Source: an uncultured Planctomycetales bacterium (GTDB taxonomy: Bacteria > Omnitrophota > Gorgyraeia > Gygaellales > Profunditerraquicolaceae). From it: a DNA stretch of 64,000 nucleotides. Below, one piece after another: positions 46,520 to 55,183 of the stretch; within the stretch, counting starts at the first letter, position 1; the number at the start of each line of letters is the position of its first letter. The position numbers and the translations under genes were made by a program. The DNA lies in the NCBI GenBank assembly GCA_964467905.1, contig CAYXSY010000002.1, positions 13,545-77,544 of the forward strand. The letters run 5' to 3'. The notes beneath the pieces are model-generated. The model was not told where the DNA came from and searched no databases. It worked only from the letters and a program-made list of their open reading frames with translations.

Positions 46520-46657
46520 TGACATTTGTCAAGGTTATCACCTAATAAATGTCATATACTATAACACCTTATCTAACAATATGTTATACTAAATATTATA
46601 TTATTTAATGACATATATATAATGAATACAACTCAATATGTCATATTTTACTTGACA
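46520..46657. promoter_or_regulatory. operator array (ATGACAT / ATGTCAT motifs) and candidate promoter for the XRE-cupin gene
   Basis: TGACAttTGTCA palindrome (46520-46531). ATGTCATAT (46549-46557). ATGACATAT (46608-46616), inverted relative to ATATGTCAT (46636-46644). TTGACA at 46652-46657 with TAAGAT 17 nt downstream. Confidence 0.5.
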
Positions 46658-46698
46658 AAAGGCCTTTTTAATTATAAGATTTATGTGGAGAGAAGATT

Positions 46699-47286
46699 AT
46701 GAAACTTCATGAAAAAATCAAGAAAATTCGGATGGAAAAAGGATTAAGCTTAAGAGAGCTCCATCGGCTAATATACAATGACTTTAAAGAAAATACCGTT
46801 GCCTACCGGACGCTCTTAAGAATAGAAGCTGGCGATACAGATGGCAGAGGCTCTACCCTTCATCAGATAAGCACCGCCCTAGGTATGTCCTTACGTGAAT
46901 TAAAAAAAGATACCGAGGAAGAAACTAATCCCCTTGATTTTGTTAAAAGAAATAAACGGTTGGGCAGGTATGTTTTTAATGAAGGCGCCTACGCAGATCT
47001 TTTGATGCGGCAGAATCATAATTTTATGGTAACCGAGCTTGTATTAAAGCCGGGGGGAGAAACGAAACTGGAGCGCGACCCTGCTAGTGAAGACCGCGAT
47101 ACCCCAGCGTTTGAGAAATATATTTATTGCCTGAGAGGAAGTATAACCTGTTTTATCGGCAATGAACAGCGTATATTAAAAAGCGGCGATGGACTTGCCT
47201 TTCCAAGTTCCATGCCGCATTGGTTTGAAAATGCCTCAAAAGGCACAACCCGCTGCCTTATTTTTCAAAATCCGCGCTACCTTTAG
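46699..47286 (+). CDS. XRE-family HTH regulator with a C-terminal cupin sensor domain
   Basis: The N-terminal IKKIRMEKGLSLRELHRLI is an HTH. The C-terminal GGETKLE...GDGLAFPSSMPHWFEN is a cupin barrel. Confidence 0.85.
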   Translation: MKLHEKIKKIRMEKGLSLRELHRLIYNDFKENTVAYRTLLRIEAGDTDGRGSTLHQISTALGMSLRELKKDTEEETNPLDFVKRNKRLGRYVFNEGAYADLLMRQNHNFMVTELVLKPGGETKLERDPASEDRDTPAFEKYIYCLRGSITCFIGNEQRILKSGDGLAFPSSMPHWFENASKGTTRCLIFQNPRYL

Positions 47287-48037
47287 GTTTATACTTACCT
47301 ATACTTGCCAAGAAATCTCTGATTTTCCTGTCTAATAAACGCACAGAAAACGGCTTTGGGATGTAATCATCAGCACCTTCCTTGATTACATTATGCGCCA
47401 TTTCTTCACTGTCAAACCCGGTAATAACCCAAATGCAAGGCCTTTGCTCCAGTTTTCTTGCTTCTTTAATCACCTCCAACCCGCTTATTCCCGGCATCTT
47501 TATATCAAGCAGCACCAAATCAAACTTATCTTTCTTTAATAACTTCAGGGTTTCTTCACCGCTGCCTGCTTCGCTAATCCTGCACTCAAAACGCCTATCT
47601 AAGATACTTTTTAAAGAAACACGGACTTCCTCTTCATCATCAACGATAAGTATATTGGCCGGCTCTTTTGTTTTAGAGATCTCGCTAACCTTTAAGATTA
47701 CGACATCCTCTAAATAATCGGTGGTAAAGGGTTTCGTAATGAACTCATCCGCGCCTAAAGCCTTAGCCTTCTCCTTCGTATCAGCATCATCGCTGACGGT
47801 AATCATAATAACTTTTGTTTCCGGCGAACTCTTCTTCAAGAGACGCAAAACTTCAAGGCCATTCATATCAGGCATTTCTATATCAAGAAATACCAACTCG
47901 GGCTTTTCTTTCTTGGCAATATTTAACGCCTCGTTTCCATTCGTAGCGATACGCACATCATAACCAAGAGGTTTAAAAAAATCCCTCAGGTACTCACACA
48001 ATCCTTTTTCGTCATCAATAATCAAGAGCTTTATCAT
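47258..48037 (-). CDS. response regulator with two complete receiver domains and no output domain
   Basis: REC1 has LIIDDEKG...FLDIEMPDMNG...FITKP. REC2 has LIVDDEEE...LLDIKMPGISG...YIPKP. Confidence 0.85.
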   Translation of the reverse strand: MIKLLIIDDEKGLCEYLRDFFKPLGYDVRIATNGNEALNIAKKEKPELVFLDIEMPDMNGLEVLRLLKKSSPETKVIMITVSDDADTKEKAKALGADEFITKPFTTDYLEDVVILKVSEISKTKEPANILIVDDEEEVRVSLKSILDRRFECRISEAGSGEETLKLLKKDKFDLVLLDIKMPGISGLEVIKEARKLEQRPCIWVITGFDSEEMAHNVIKEGADDYIPKPFSVRLLDRKIRDFLASIGKYKPKGSADFEK

Positions 48038-48039
48038 TT

Positions 48040-48306
48040 TTATGTTTTATCGGCTAAATAGCTGACGATGTCCTCAACGGTTTTAATTTTCTCGATGTCT
48101 GTGTCCAGAATCTCGATATTAAATTCTTGCTCTAATGCCATAATTAGTTCGGTCGCATCCAAAGAATCTGCGCCTAAGTCTTCGGCAACTCTGGCGGATA
48201 AAATAACTTTATCCTCGCCTATTTTAAGCTGATTTGCGATTATCGGCCTGATCCTGACAAGCAACTCTTCCTTCTTATCCTGAGGAATATCTTCTCTGCC
48301 GAACAT
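48040..48306 (-). CDS. acyl carrier protein
   Basis: LGADSLDATELIMALEQEF contains the DSL phosphopantetheine attachment motif. Confidence 0.85.
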   Translation of the reverse strand: MFGREDIPQDKKEELLVRIRPIIANQLKIGEDKVILSARVAEDLGADSLDATELIMALEQEFNIEILDTDIEKIKTVEDIVSYLADKT

Positions 48307-48307
48307 A

Positions 48308-48571
48308 TCATTTCTTTCGTTTTGTCGCTTCTCTTAATTTATCCACAAAACGATCAAGCGCATAGACATGCTCAAGTATTTTCTCGGCATCGCCAACCGG
48401 GACGGGCTCCTTATCTTCTCCTGTTATATGAGAGCCTACGGCCATAGAAATAGCGTAAAGGTCGTTGCCTATGTGGTGATTTAGCAATTCCCAAACGACA
48501 TCATCAACAACTATTTTTTCATTTATGATTTTATCGAAAAGTTCTTTCTCATTGGGTAACGGATTAGCCAT
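48308..48571 (-). CDS. 87-aa protein with an H-box-like motif (possible phosphotransfer protein)
   Basis: LNHHIGNDLYAI resembles the kinase H-box NHEIGNPLNII encoded in the same operon. It is otherwise unrecognised. Confidence 0.45.
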   Translation of the reverse strand: MANPLPNEKELFDKIINEKIVVDDVVWELLNHHIGNDLYAISMAVGSHITGEDKEPVPVGDAEKILEHVYALDRFVDKLREATKRKK

Positions 48572-48582
48572 ATATTTTGCTC

Positions 48583-48963
48583 CTATCCTTTGCTGACCAA
48601 TTTAGCAACCTTTTTTATCGCCTTCTCTAAATTCTCCAGCCGCGTGGGCTTAATCACATAATCCGTCGCCCCTATCTTCTTGGCCTTAAGGGCGCTCTCT
48701 TTATCCCAGGTTACCATAATACATTTACAAGCAGGGTTAATCTTCAATAATTTCTCCAGAATTTCCAGTCCGCTTAGGCCTTTTTGCATATGGATATCAA
48801 TCAATGCCATATCCGGCTTTATGTTTTTTGCCAAGGATAAAGCCCTGCTGCCCGTCTGCGCTGTCTGGACCTTGAAATTCCGCCTTTCAAAAATAGTTTT
48901 TTCGTACTTGCAGATTTCTTTTTCATCATCAACAACCAATAATGTTACTTTTTTGTCCGACAT
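48583..48963 (-). CDS. single-domain (CheY-like) response regulator
   Basis: LLVVDDEKE...ALIDIHM...VIKP. Confidence 0.9.
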   Translation of the reverse strand: MSDKKVTLLVVDDEKEICKYEKTIFERRNFKVQTAQTGSRALSLAKNIKPDMALIDIHMQKGLSGLEILEKLLKINPACKCIMVTWDKESALKAKKIGATDYVIKPTRLENLEKAIKKVAKLVSKG

Positions 48964-49872
48964 TTAATCCACCTCCTTAGCCACTAAAAAGTATTTTAAA
49001 CAGACTTCTTTAACCGCTGCGTTTAAACGTTGAAGCGTCTCTTGAAAAAGCAATGAATCATGGTGGAATTCCATAGGCATCTCAATAAATTTAGTGCCTC
49101 GTTTGATCAAGACTTCTGCTTCCTCCCATTTTACCGCCGGATCGCCAAAAAGTATGATTTCTTTAGGAGGATTAGGCATTTTTATAAGGGTCAGGCCGAA
49201 TTCGCCAAGAAGGCCTACTAACGCTACATCAAGGATAATAATATCGGGCTGAAATTTCCTGATGTATTCAGACTGTTCTAAGCCGCTTTCAAGTACCTCG
49301 TATACACCATTGCAAAGGTCTTTACGCATAAAATAATCCTTTAGCAATCCCGAAATTAATCCGCGCGGGCTCACAATCAGAAGGCGCGCCTTAGGAAGCG
49401 ATTCCTCTGGAGTGACGTATTCTGTCTTTTGCGGCATTTTTTGTGTTGTGCCTATAGCCATACGTTCGGTTGTGCCAGATTCTGATAACAATTCTTCTAC
49501 TTTGTCTAATAAATCATCGATTAAAAGCGGTTTAATGAAGAAGAAATCGCAGCCGATACCATCAACCGCATCCTTGTATTCCCTATCATAGGCGGTCATC
49601 ACAATAACCTTAATATTCGAATAATCGCTGCGAAGCAATCTTAAGATTTCGATTCCGTCAACCTTAGGAAGCCTTATATCCAAAAGCACCAAGTCCGGGG
49701 CTTGGTTCTTAATAATATCGAGGCACAGCTGACCGTCTTCGGCTTTGAATACCTCGTAACCTCTGGGATGAAGAAAACCCTCCAGCGCATCTGTCACGAA
49801 CTTCTCATCATCAACAATCAGGACTTTCTTCTGAGCTTCCATTTTGCCTGTTTTACGGCTCCCCTGCCTCAA
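48964..49872 (-). CDS. response regulator: complete receiver plus a degenerate second receiver-like domain
   Basis: REC1 has VLIVDDEKF...LLDIRLPKVDG...FFIKP. The second half (LLIVSPRG...IIILDVAL) lacks the acidic pair. An alternative start at 49842 (MEAQKK) would avoid overlapping the upstream gene. Confidence 0.8.
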   Translation of the reverse strand: MRQGSRKTGKMEAQKKVLIVDDEKFVTDALEGFLHPRGYEVFKAEDGQLCLDIIKNQAPDLVLLDIRLPKVDGIEILRLLRSDYSNIKVIVMTAYDREYKDAVDGIGCDFFFIKPLLIDDLLDKVEELLSESGTTERMAIGTTQKMPQKTEYVTPEESLPKARLLIVSPRGLISGLLKDYFMRKDLCNGVYEVLESGLEQSEYIRKFQPDIIILDVALVGLLGEFGLTLIKMPNPPKEIILFGDPAVKWEEAEVLIKRGTKFIEMPMEFHHDSLLFQETLQRLNAAVKEVCLKYFLVAKEVD

Positions 49873-50098
49873 TGCCTTTTTCTTTATAAATAATATCCTT
49901 CAGCCGGCGCAACTCCTTGCTTGCTTCTACCGCTGTTTCTTCTAATTCCGAAAGGCGATTGATAATTTTTTCCATATCTTGAGGCATAGCTGTGTCCTTG
50001 AATCTCTGCTTGATTTCGGCCCTAGCCAAGCCCGTGCCAACAGTTATCTTATTATGCAAATTTCCTATCTTATGAAATAGCTCTCTTATGGCTGTCAT
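49853..50098 (-). CDS. 81-aa helical protein with an H-box-like motif (possible phosphotransfer protein)
   Basis: LFHKIGNLHNKI resembles the H-box. The rest looks helical (ELEETAVEASKELRRLKD). Confidence 0.45.
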   Translation of the reverse strand: MTAIRELFHKIGNLHNKITVGTGLARAEIKQRFKDTAMPQDMEKIINRLSELEETAVEASKELRRLKDIIYKEKGIEAGEP

Positions 50099-50101
50099 GT
50101 A

Positions 50102-50470
50102 TTATTCCTTTGCAGTAAGTTTTGCCAATAATTTTTCGATATCGGTTAATATAATCGGTTTAAAAATCACTTCATCAGCCCCTAAATTACGGAAACGTTT
50201 CTCCATGTCTTCATCATAATAAGCGGTTAGTATCACAAATTTTATCTCGGGATGATTTTTCTTGGTTCTTTCCAAGATTTTATCGCCTTCGAGATCGGGA
50301 AGTTTGTAATCACAGAAGATAACATCCGGTTTTTTATTCTCAATTATACCGAATGCGCCTTCTGCGTCACCGGCTTGGTAAGGCTCGTAATTGAACATTG
50401 TCATGGCCTTAGCAAAATCTTTAGTAAATTCCAGCTCATCATCCACTATTAGGACTTTCTTCATTGCCAC
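50102..50470 (-). CDS. single-domain (CheY-like) response regulator
   Basis: VLIVDDELE...IFCDYKLPDLEG...VILTAY...IFKP. Confidence 0.9.
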   Translation of the reverse strand: MAMKKVLIVDDELEFTKDFAKAMTMFNYEPYQAGDAEGAFGIIENKKPDVIFCDYKLPDLEGDKILERTKKNHPEIKFVILTAYYDEDMEKRFRNLGADEVIFKPIILTDIEKLLAKLTAKE

Positions 50471-50476
50471 GTCTCC

Positions 50477-52585
50477 TTACTCTGCTTTAGGGAATTCTAA
50501 AACAAAAGTAGTGCCTACCCCTACTTTGCTTTTAAATGAAATTTCGCCTTTATTTTTCCAGACCAACTGCCGCACTATTGAGAGACCCAACCCTGTACCC
50601 TTGGTACCTTTAGTGGTAAAAAACGGCTCAAAAACCCTATGTATTTTATCTTCAGATATACCTTTACCGGTATCCTGAATTTCAATGCGCACTTTTCCAG
50701 CTGGCGTGATAAATGCTCTTATAGTGATAGTTCCTGCCCTTTCAATAGACTGGCCTGCGTTACGGATAATATTAAATAAAATCTGCTGCGTTTCATGTTC
50801 ATCCGCCAAAATTTTGTTTGGATCAGTAGAGATTTCTTTAATTATCTTTATCCTTTCCAGCTCTAAATCGTGCCCTAATATGCCCAACGTATTCTCTATC
50901 TCCTGCGGAATACTGATTATTACCGGCTTGAATTCTTTCCCCGGCTTGGCAAAGTTAGAAAGTTTCTTGGTAATTTCTGCTATACGCTCGGTTTGTTTTA
51001 TGGTTTCGTCTAAGATAGCAACGCATTCTTCCATAATTTCTTCCTTGGGTTTGTCTTTATAAAAACCTCTCTGGACGGCAGTGCGGAATACCTGAATTTT
51101 CGTGTTAATGATATTCAGAGGATTTCCTATTTCGTGGTTTATCCCTGCTGCCATAGTGCCAATAGCAGCCCGGCGTTCTGCTTGAGCCGCCTCGGTCAAA
51201 AGCTGGGCATTGGCAACAGCGATTGATTCGGTGCGGGCAAGGTCCTGCAAAACATCCAAATCGTCCTTAGAATAATCCTCATCCGACTTCTTTTTGCCCA
51301 CAGAGATAAAACCGATTAAATCGCTGTGAAGCATTAACGGCAGCACGATGGTTGCTTTGAGGGAAGACATTTCAGCGGCAATTGCCGGGTTAACGCCGGC
51401 AATGCCGTTAACCTGCCTGATAACGGCGGGAAGCTGGCGATTCTTAAGGAATATAATCAGCTTTGATTCAGCGGTAAAAGCAAGGTCTTTACTTTCAAAC
51501 CCTAAAGAATCGTAGAGTTGGTATTTATCCTGGATTTTATTTAAAATAAAAACTGCGCAGGTATAAGGGTGCAGTGTCTCATCAAGCAGTTTTAGAGTCG
51601 AGCGGATAACGGTATCGAGGTTAAGCTCGGTTACCACATTATCAATAAAGGCCTTGATAATCTGTTTGTATTCATATTTTTTCTGGAAGAGAAACTTATC
51701 GGTAGCATTAATAAGCCAAGTTTCGGTGGGGCGTAGTGTAAAAACGATAATAAAAGCACTTATAGCAAAGGCAAGCAAGCTATTACCGCCAGCGATAAAC
51801 TGAGATATCAGAAGCGTCATTGCCACGAATATGCCAAAGGCGAAAGCGAACATCCCGGCGAAGACTACCGTCTTCTTGATAATTACCTCTATCTCCATCA
51901 ACTGATGACGGAAAATTGCATAGGCGGTAATTAAACAAAAGGCAATCATAAATGTAAAACCAAAAGGAGAAGTATTCAATGTTACATTGATGCCATAATT
52001 GGGCAAGAAATCAATTGCGGCGAAGGTACCTATTAAGCCCGAGAAAAATATATATTTCCTTTTTGTCGCCTCGTGCGGAGAGATATCTTTTCTCTTCCAG
52101 AAAGAAAAAAACATAATAAGCAATGCAGCAGTAAAATAAAAATTGAAATATAGAAGAAACAGTAAGTGGCTAGGGATAAAAACCTTCGGATAATAACCCC
52201 AAGGATAAGTGAATAGATCCACTATGAACCATTTTTGCGTAAAAACGATTGTCCCAAAGAATAAAGCGCATAAATATCCCCAAAATACCAATCTGCTCAA
52301 TTTTCTATTTTGGTTGCCTAAAAAACACATTTCAAAGTGATACCATACAATAGGAATGAATATTACCCCCAAATATCCAATTTTAAAGAAAAACAGGCTG
52401 GTAATTTTTTGGTCGGATAGATATGCTAAACTGTAAGAAAATAACCACACAAAAATAGTCGTGCAGAAAAAGAAGAAGATTTTATTTATCTGCGACCCTT
52501 TGGCTTTCTTCAATACAAATAAACCCAAGATTAATACTAGGAGCGAAGAAATTAAAGTAGAGAAAAAGGGAAGGTTAAAATTCAT
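50477..52585 (-). CDS. sensor histidine kinase (multi-TM N-terminus, GAF-like domain, HisKA, HATPase_c)
   Basis: About 7 N-terminal TM helices. H-box NHEIGNPLNII, N-box FNIIRNAGQS, G1 IQDTGKGI and G2 GTGLGLSIV. Confidence 0.9.
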   Translation of the reverse strand: MNFNLPFFSTLISSLLVLILGLFVLKKAKGSQINKIFFFFCTTIFVWLFSYSLAYLSDQKITSLFFFKIGYLGVIFIPIVWYHFEMCFLGNQNRKLSRLVFWGYLCALFFGTIVFTQKWFIVDLFTYPWGYYPKVFIPSHLLFLLYFNFYFTAALLIMFFSFWKRKDISPHEATKRKYIFFSGLIGTFAAIDFLPNYGINVTLNTSPFGFTFMIAFCLITAYAIFRHQLMEIEVIIKKTVVFAGMFAFAFGIFVAMTLLISQFIAGGNSLLAFAISAFIIVFTLRPTETWLINATDKFLFQKKYEYKQIIKAFIDNVVTELNLDTVIRSTLKLLDETLHPYTCAVFILNKIQDKYQLYDSLGFESKDLAFTAESKLIIFLKNRQLPAVIRQVNGIAGVNPAIAAEMSSLKATIVLPLMLHSDLIGFISVGKKKSDEDYSKDDLDVLQDLARTESIAVANAQLLTEAAQAERRAAIGTMAAGINHEIGNPLNIINTKIQVFRTAVQRGFYKDKPKEEIMEECVAILDETIKQTERIAEITKKLSNFAKPGKEFKPVIISIPQEIENTLGILGHDLELERIKIIKEISTDPNKILADEHETQQILFNIIRNAGQSIERAGTITIRAFITPAGKVRIEIQDTGKGISEDKIHRVFEPFFTTKGTKGTGLGLSIVRQLVWKNKGEISFKSKVGVGTTFVLEFPKAE

Positions 52586-53682
52586 AGGCTCTTTCTTTTA
52601 AGAAAGTTACTCTTAAAACAATACTCTATCATTTTCTCAACGTCTTCCGTAAGAATTCGTGGAAATTCAAAGCTAAGCTTATCCAAAACCTTAAGCGTAG
52701 AAGCGGAATCTATTTTTGTAAGACAAATGGTGTTGAAAAGAAGTGATTTTTTGGTAAGCATCCTTTTAGATGGGCTAATTTCATCTAAATCATAACCCCA
52801 GTCAACTCTTTGCGGTCTGTCAAATCCGATATAACGCTTTGCTATTTCAAAGAAATCTACGGTTGAAATTGGCGCATCTCCAAACAAGTGGTAATTTTTA
52901 TTAACGGCGCTAGAGCTGTTGGATATTAAACAGATGGCTTTGGCAACTAAGTCAACCGGAGATAAATTAAGCGGAACTTTTTTTATAGGAAAAACATCTA
53001 AAGTCTCTTGGCTCCAGAGACGTAATAGCTGGTAAACGTGATCGAATTTCGGTGTATTACCCACAGCCGATTCTCCAATAATAGCCGGTGGCCTAAAAAC
53101 ATCTACCCAAAGCCCTTTTTTCCTAAACTCCGCAACCAATAACTCTGCCTCAAACTTACTTTGTTCATAAGGCGTATTGAACTTCTGTTTTACATCTAAA
53201 TCATTTTCTGTAAATGTTCCGTTGTAGTCACCGCAAATATAAACGGAACTTATATGATTTATTTTTTTTAGTTTTCCTGTCTTATTCCAGTCTAACCCAA
53301 ATTCAAGAATTCTTTTCGTTCCCTCAACGTTGACCTCCTTAAGCTGCTCTGGCAATGCGTTGAAATGGGTTTCCGCTGCGCAATGAAATATTTCTTCGAC
53401 TTCTTGCGCTAAAGATTTTAATATATTTTTTTCTATACCCACTTCCTCTTTTGTAACATCACCTTCAATAACAACTAAATTATTGTAGCTGCTTACCGCC
53501 ATATTGTGATCCCAAAACCCTAAAGCTTTTTCTATTCTTAAATCTGCGCTATCTTTGTTCAACTCCCTCGAAAGCGCGTATACTCTGTAGTTTCTTTCAA
53601 GTAAAACTTTTAACAAATATGAACCTAGGAAACCGGTGCCGCCGGTTAATAATACTGTCTTTTTATGAAGTTTGTCATCCAT
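52582..53682 (-). CDS. SDR-family thioester reductase / NAD-dependent epimerase-like protein
   Basis: VLLTGGTGFLGSYLL Rossmann motif, a YxxxK site (YEQSKFEAE), and a layout like stand-alone thioester-reductase (NAD_binding_4) proteins. Confidence 0.75.
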   Translation of the reverse strand: MDDKLHKKTVLLTGGTGFLGSYLLKVLLERNYRVYALSRELNKDSADLRIEKALGFWDHNMAVSSYNNLVVIEGDVTKEEVGIEKNILKSLAQEVEEIFHCAAETHFNALPEQLKEVNVEGTKRILEFGLDWNKTGKLKKINHISSVYICGDYNGTFTENDLDVKQKFNTPYEQSKFEAELLVAEFRKKGLWVDVFRPPAIIGESAVGNTPKFDHVYQLLRLWSQETLDVFPIKKVPLNLSPVDLVAKAICLISNSSSAVNKNYHLFGDAPISTVDFFEIAKRYIGFDRPQRVDWGYDLDEISPSKRMLTKKSLLFNTICLTKIDSASTLKVLDKLSFEFPRILTEDVEKMIEYCFKSNFLKRKSL

Positions 53683-53690
53683 GTTTGATT

Positions 53691-53868
53691 ATTATTTTGC
53701 TTCCGCCCGCTTATCCAGCCACTCTTCCATCTTTTCTTTTCTAAAACGCCAAACTCTGCCAATTTTCACCGCGGGGACTTTTCTTTTTTGCGCTAAGCGA
53801 TACAGCGTGCCGTGATGAACATTTAAATAGTTGGCTGCTTTTTCTATGGTCATTAGCTTCTCACTCAT
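53691..53868 (-). pseudogene. excisionase-family HTH gene split across two frames (needs a +1 shift near 53821-53828)
   Basis: Frame A from ATG at 53868 gives MSEKLMTIEKAANYLN and then runs off-pattern. Frame B gives VHHGTLYRLAQKRKVPAVKIGRVWRFRKEKMEEWLDKRAEAK*. Joined, they match the full excisionase HTH pattern. Confidence 0.5.
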
Positions 53869-53889
53869 GGCACCTCTATCCTTTATGGG

Positions 53890-54300
53890 CTATTCTTTGG
53901 GCAATATCGAGGCAACCCAATGATAAAATCTACTGGACTGCTTTGCCATTTCCCGCGCCTCATCCTGAAATACGTTTCGCCTTTCATACTGAACCATGTT
54001 TTTCTTGGCAATAACTTTCCTCAAAGACTTTGCCTTATCCTTAGCTTCAGAGAAAGTAAGCGAGGCAACGAGGTCACAGACATCAAAATGGTCATCTGAA
54101 ACCGACCGCACCCCTTTTTCGAAAACACAAAGCGCATCCGCCGAAGAGATAGCGCACTGAATGGCTAACGTCGCAGCGGCATTGTAATTATTACTCTCTA
54201 TCGCTTTAAGCATCTGCTGGTAATTATCCGCTGCTTTCTTTAAATAGTCGGCTGCAGCGCTTTTGTCTTCCTGCTTGATTTTAATCTCTCTTGGAGCCAT
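53890..54300 (-). CDS. HEPN-like protein (putative toxin partner of the adjacent nucleotidyltransferase)
   Basis: All-helical 136-aa protein with a HEPN-like core (AAATLAIQCAISSADALCV). It lies 3 nt downstream of the MNT gene. I do not see a clear Rx4-6H motif. Confidence 0.55.
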   Translation of the reverse strand: MAPREIKIKQEDKSAAADYLKKAADNYQQMLKAIESNNYNAAATLAIQCAISSADALCVFEKGVRSVSDDHFDVCDLVASLTFSEAKDKAKSLRKVIAKKNMVQYERRNVFQDEAREMAKQSSRFYHWVASILPKE

Positions 54301-54303
54301 AGC

Positions 54304-54948
54304 CTACGTGAGCTCAAAAGGCTCTTTTCCAAAAATTACGGTGTATGACTTTAATAAAGTTGAGACGGGAGATAACCGTTTTTTCATTCTGCGCGCGAAT
54401 TCATCTCTCGACTTAATATAAGCATCCAAATGCGCGCCAAAGCATTCGTTAAATTCACTTGTTATGCCGCTAACAAACTTCTCTTCTATTTCTTTAACAT
54501 CGCCTCTGTTTTTAACTACTACCGCGATATCAACATCGCTGCCTGCCGCCGCCTGGCCGCGCTGAACACTGCCGTAAAGCATTAGAGAGTCAATCTTGTC
54601 TTTCAGGCGCGACTTCGTAAGCTCCCTGATCAGAAAGTTGCCTATATCTTCTTTCAAGGCGGACTCTTTCTTAAAACTCGGCCTTAGAATGTCTTTTACT
54701 ATTCTGTTCTTGACATTGAGGGCATAGATATGCTGCTTACCGATAATCTCCAATTTGAGGACATTTTGGCTGTACAGGCCTTTTAAGGCGGCATGCGTAG
54801 CAGGCGGGGAAACCCGGATCAGCTTGGCAATTTCCCTTCCGGAAGCCCTGAAATTATCGGTTCGGGAGGCAAAAAGCCGCATAATCTTTAATTTGCTTGC
54901 CGTATTCAAGATTATATCTAAACTGTTCTCTATCGCCATAATCGCCAT
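54304..54948 (-). CDS. winged-helix domain fused to a minimal nucleotidyltransferase (MNT) domain
   Basis: LYGSVQRGQAAAGSDVDIAVVV is the GSxxRG...DxD NTase motif. The N-terminal ~90 aa look like a wHTH (SGREIAKLIRVSPPATHAALKGL). Confidence 0.8.
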   Translation of the reverse strand: MAIMAIENSLDIILNTASKLKIMRLFASRTDNFRASGREIAKLIRVSPPATHAALKGLYSQNVLKLEIIGKQHIYALNVKNRIVKDILRPSFKKESALKEDIGNFLIRELTKSRLKDKIDSLMLYGSVQRGQAAAGSDVDIAVVVKNRGDVKEIEEKFVSGITSEFNECFGAHLDAYIKSRDEFARRMKKRLSPVSTLLKSYTVIFGKEPFELT

Positions 54949-55018
54949 AGCTATTGTTTTATTGAGTTAACACTTGTTAAGTTACATTAACAGATTTCGC
55001 GCCTTCTGTCAACATATT

Positions 55019-55155
55019 TTTGCTCCCAAGCACTTAAAGCTGCTTTTTGCGGTCTGCCTTCGCCCTCTTCTACAACTTCCTTCGCGAAGGCAACCGCATG
55101 TATTAAGCGAAAATCACCCAGCCCAGCCGCCTGAAGCAGCCAAAAACAAAAAGGC
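55019..55155. repeat. left copy of a 137-bp inverted repeat
   Basis: Its reverse complement equals 58891-59027 at 136/137 positions (A at 55146 pairs against C at 58900). It contains an internal 12-bp palindrome CCTTCGCGAAGG. Confidence 0.95.
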
Positions 55156-55183
55156 TTCGATACTGTAATTATTGCACCCTTTA

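Noticed and set aside
53821-53831. T TTA AAT slippery heptamer as a programmed -1 frameshift site in the split excisionase-like gene.
   Set aside because: The heptamer is in the right phase, but a -1 slip gives LFIT..., not the HTH continuation. The needed shift is +1, so a mutation or sequencing error is more likely.
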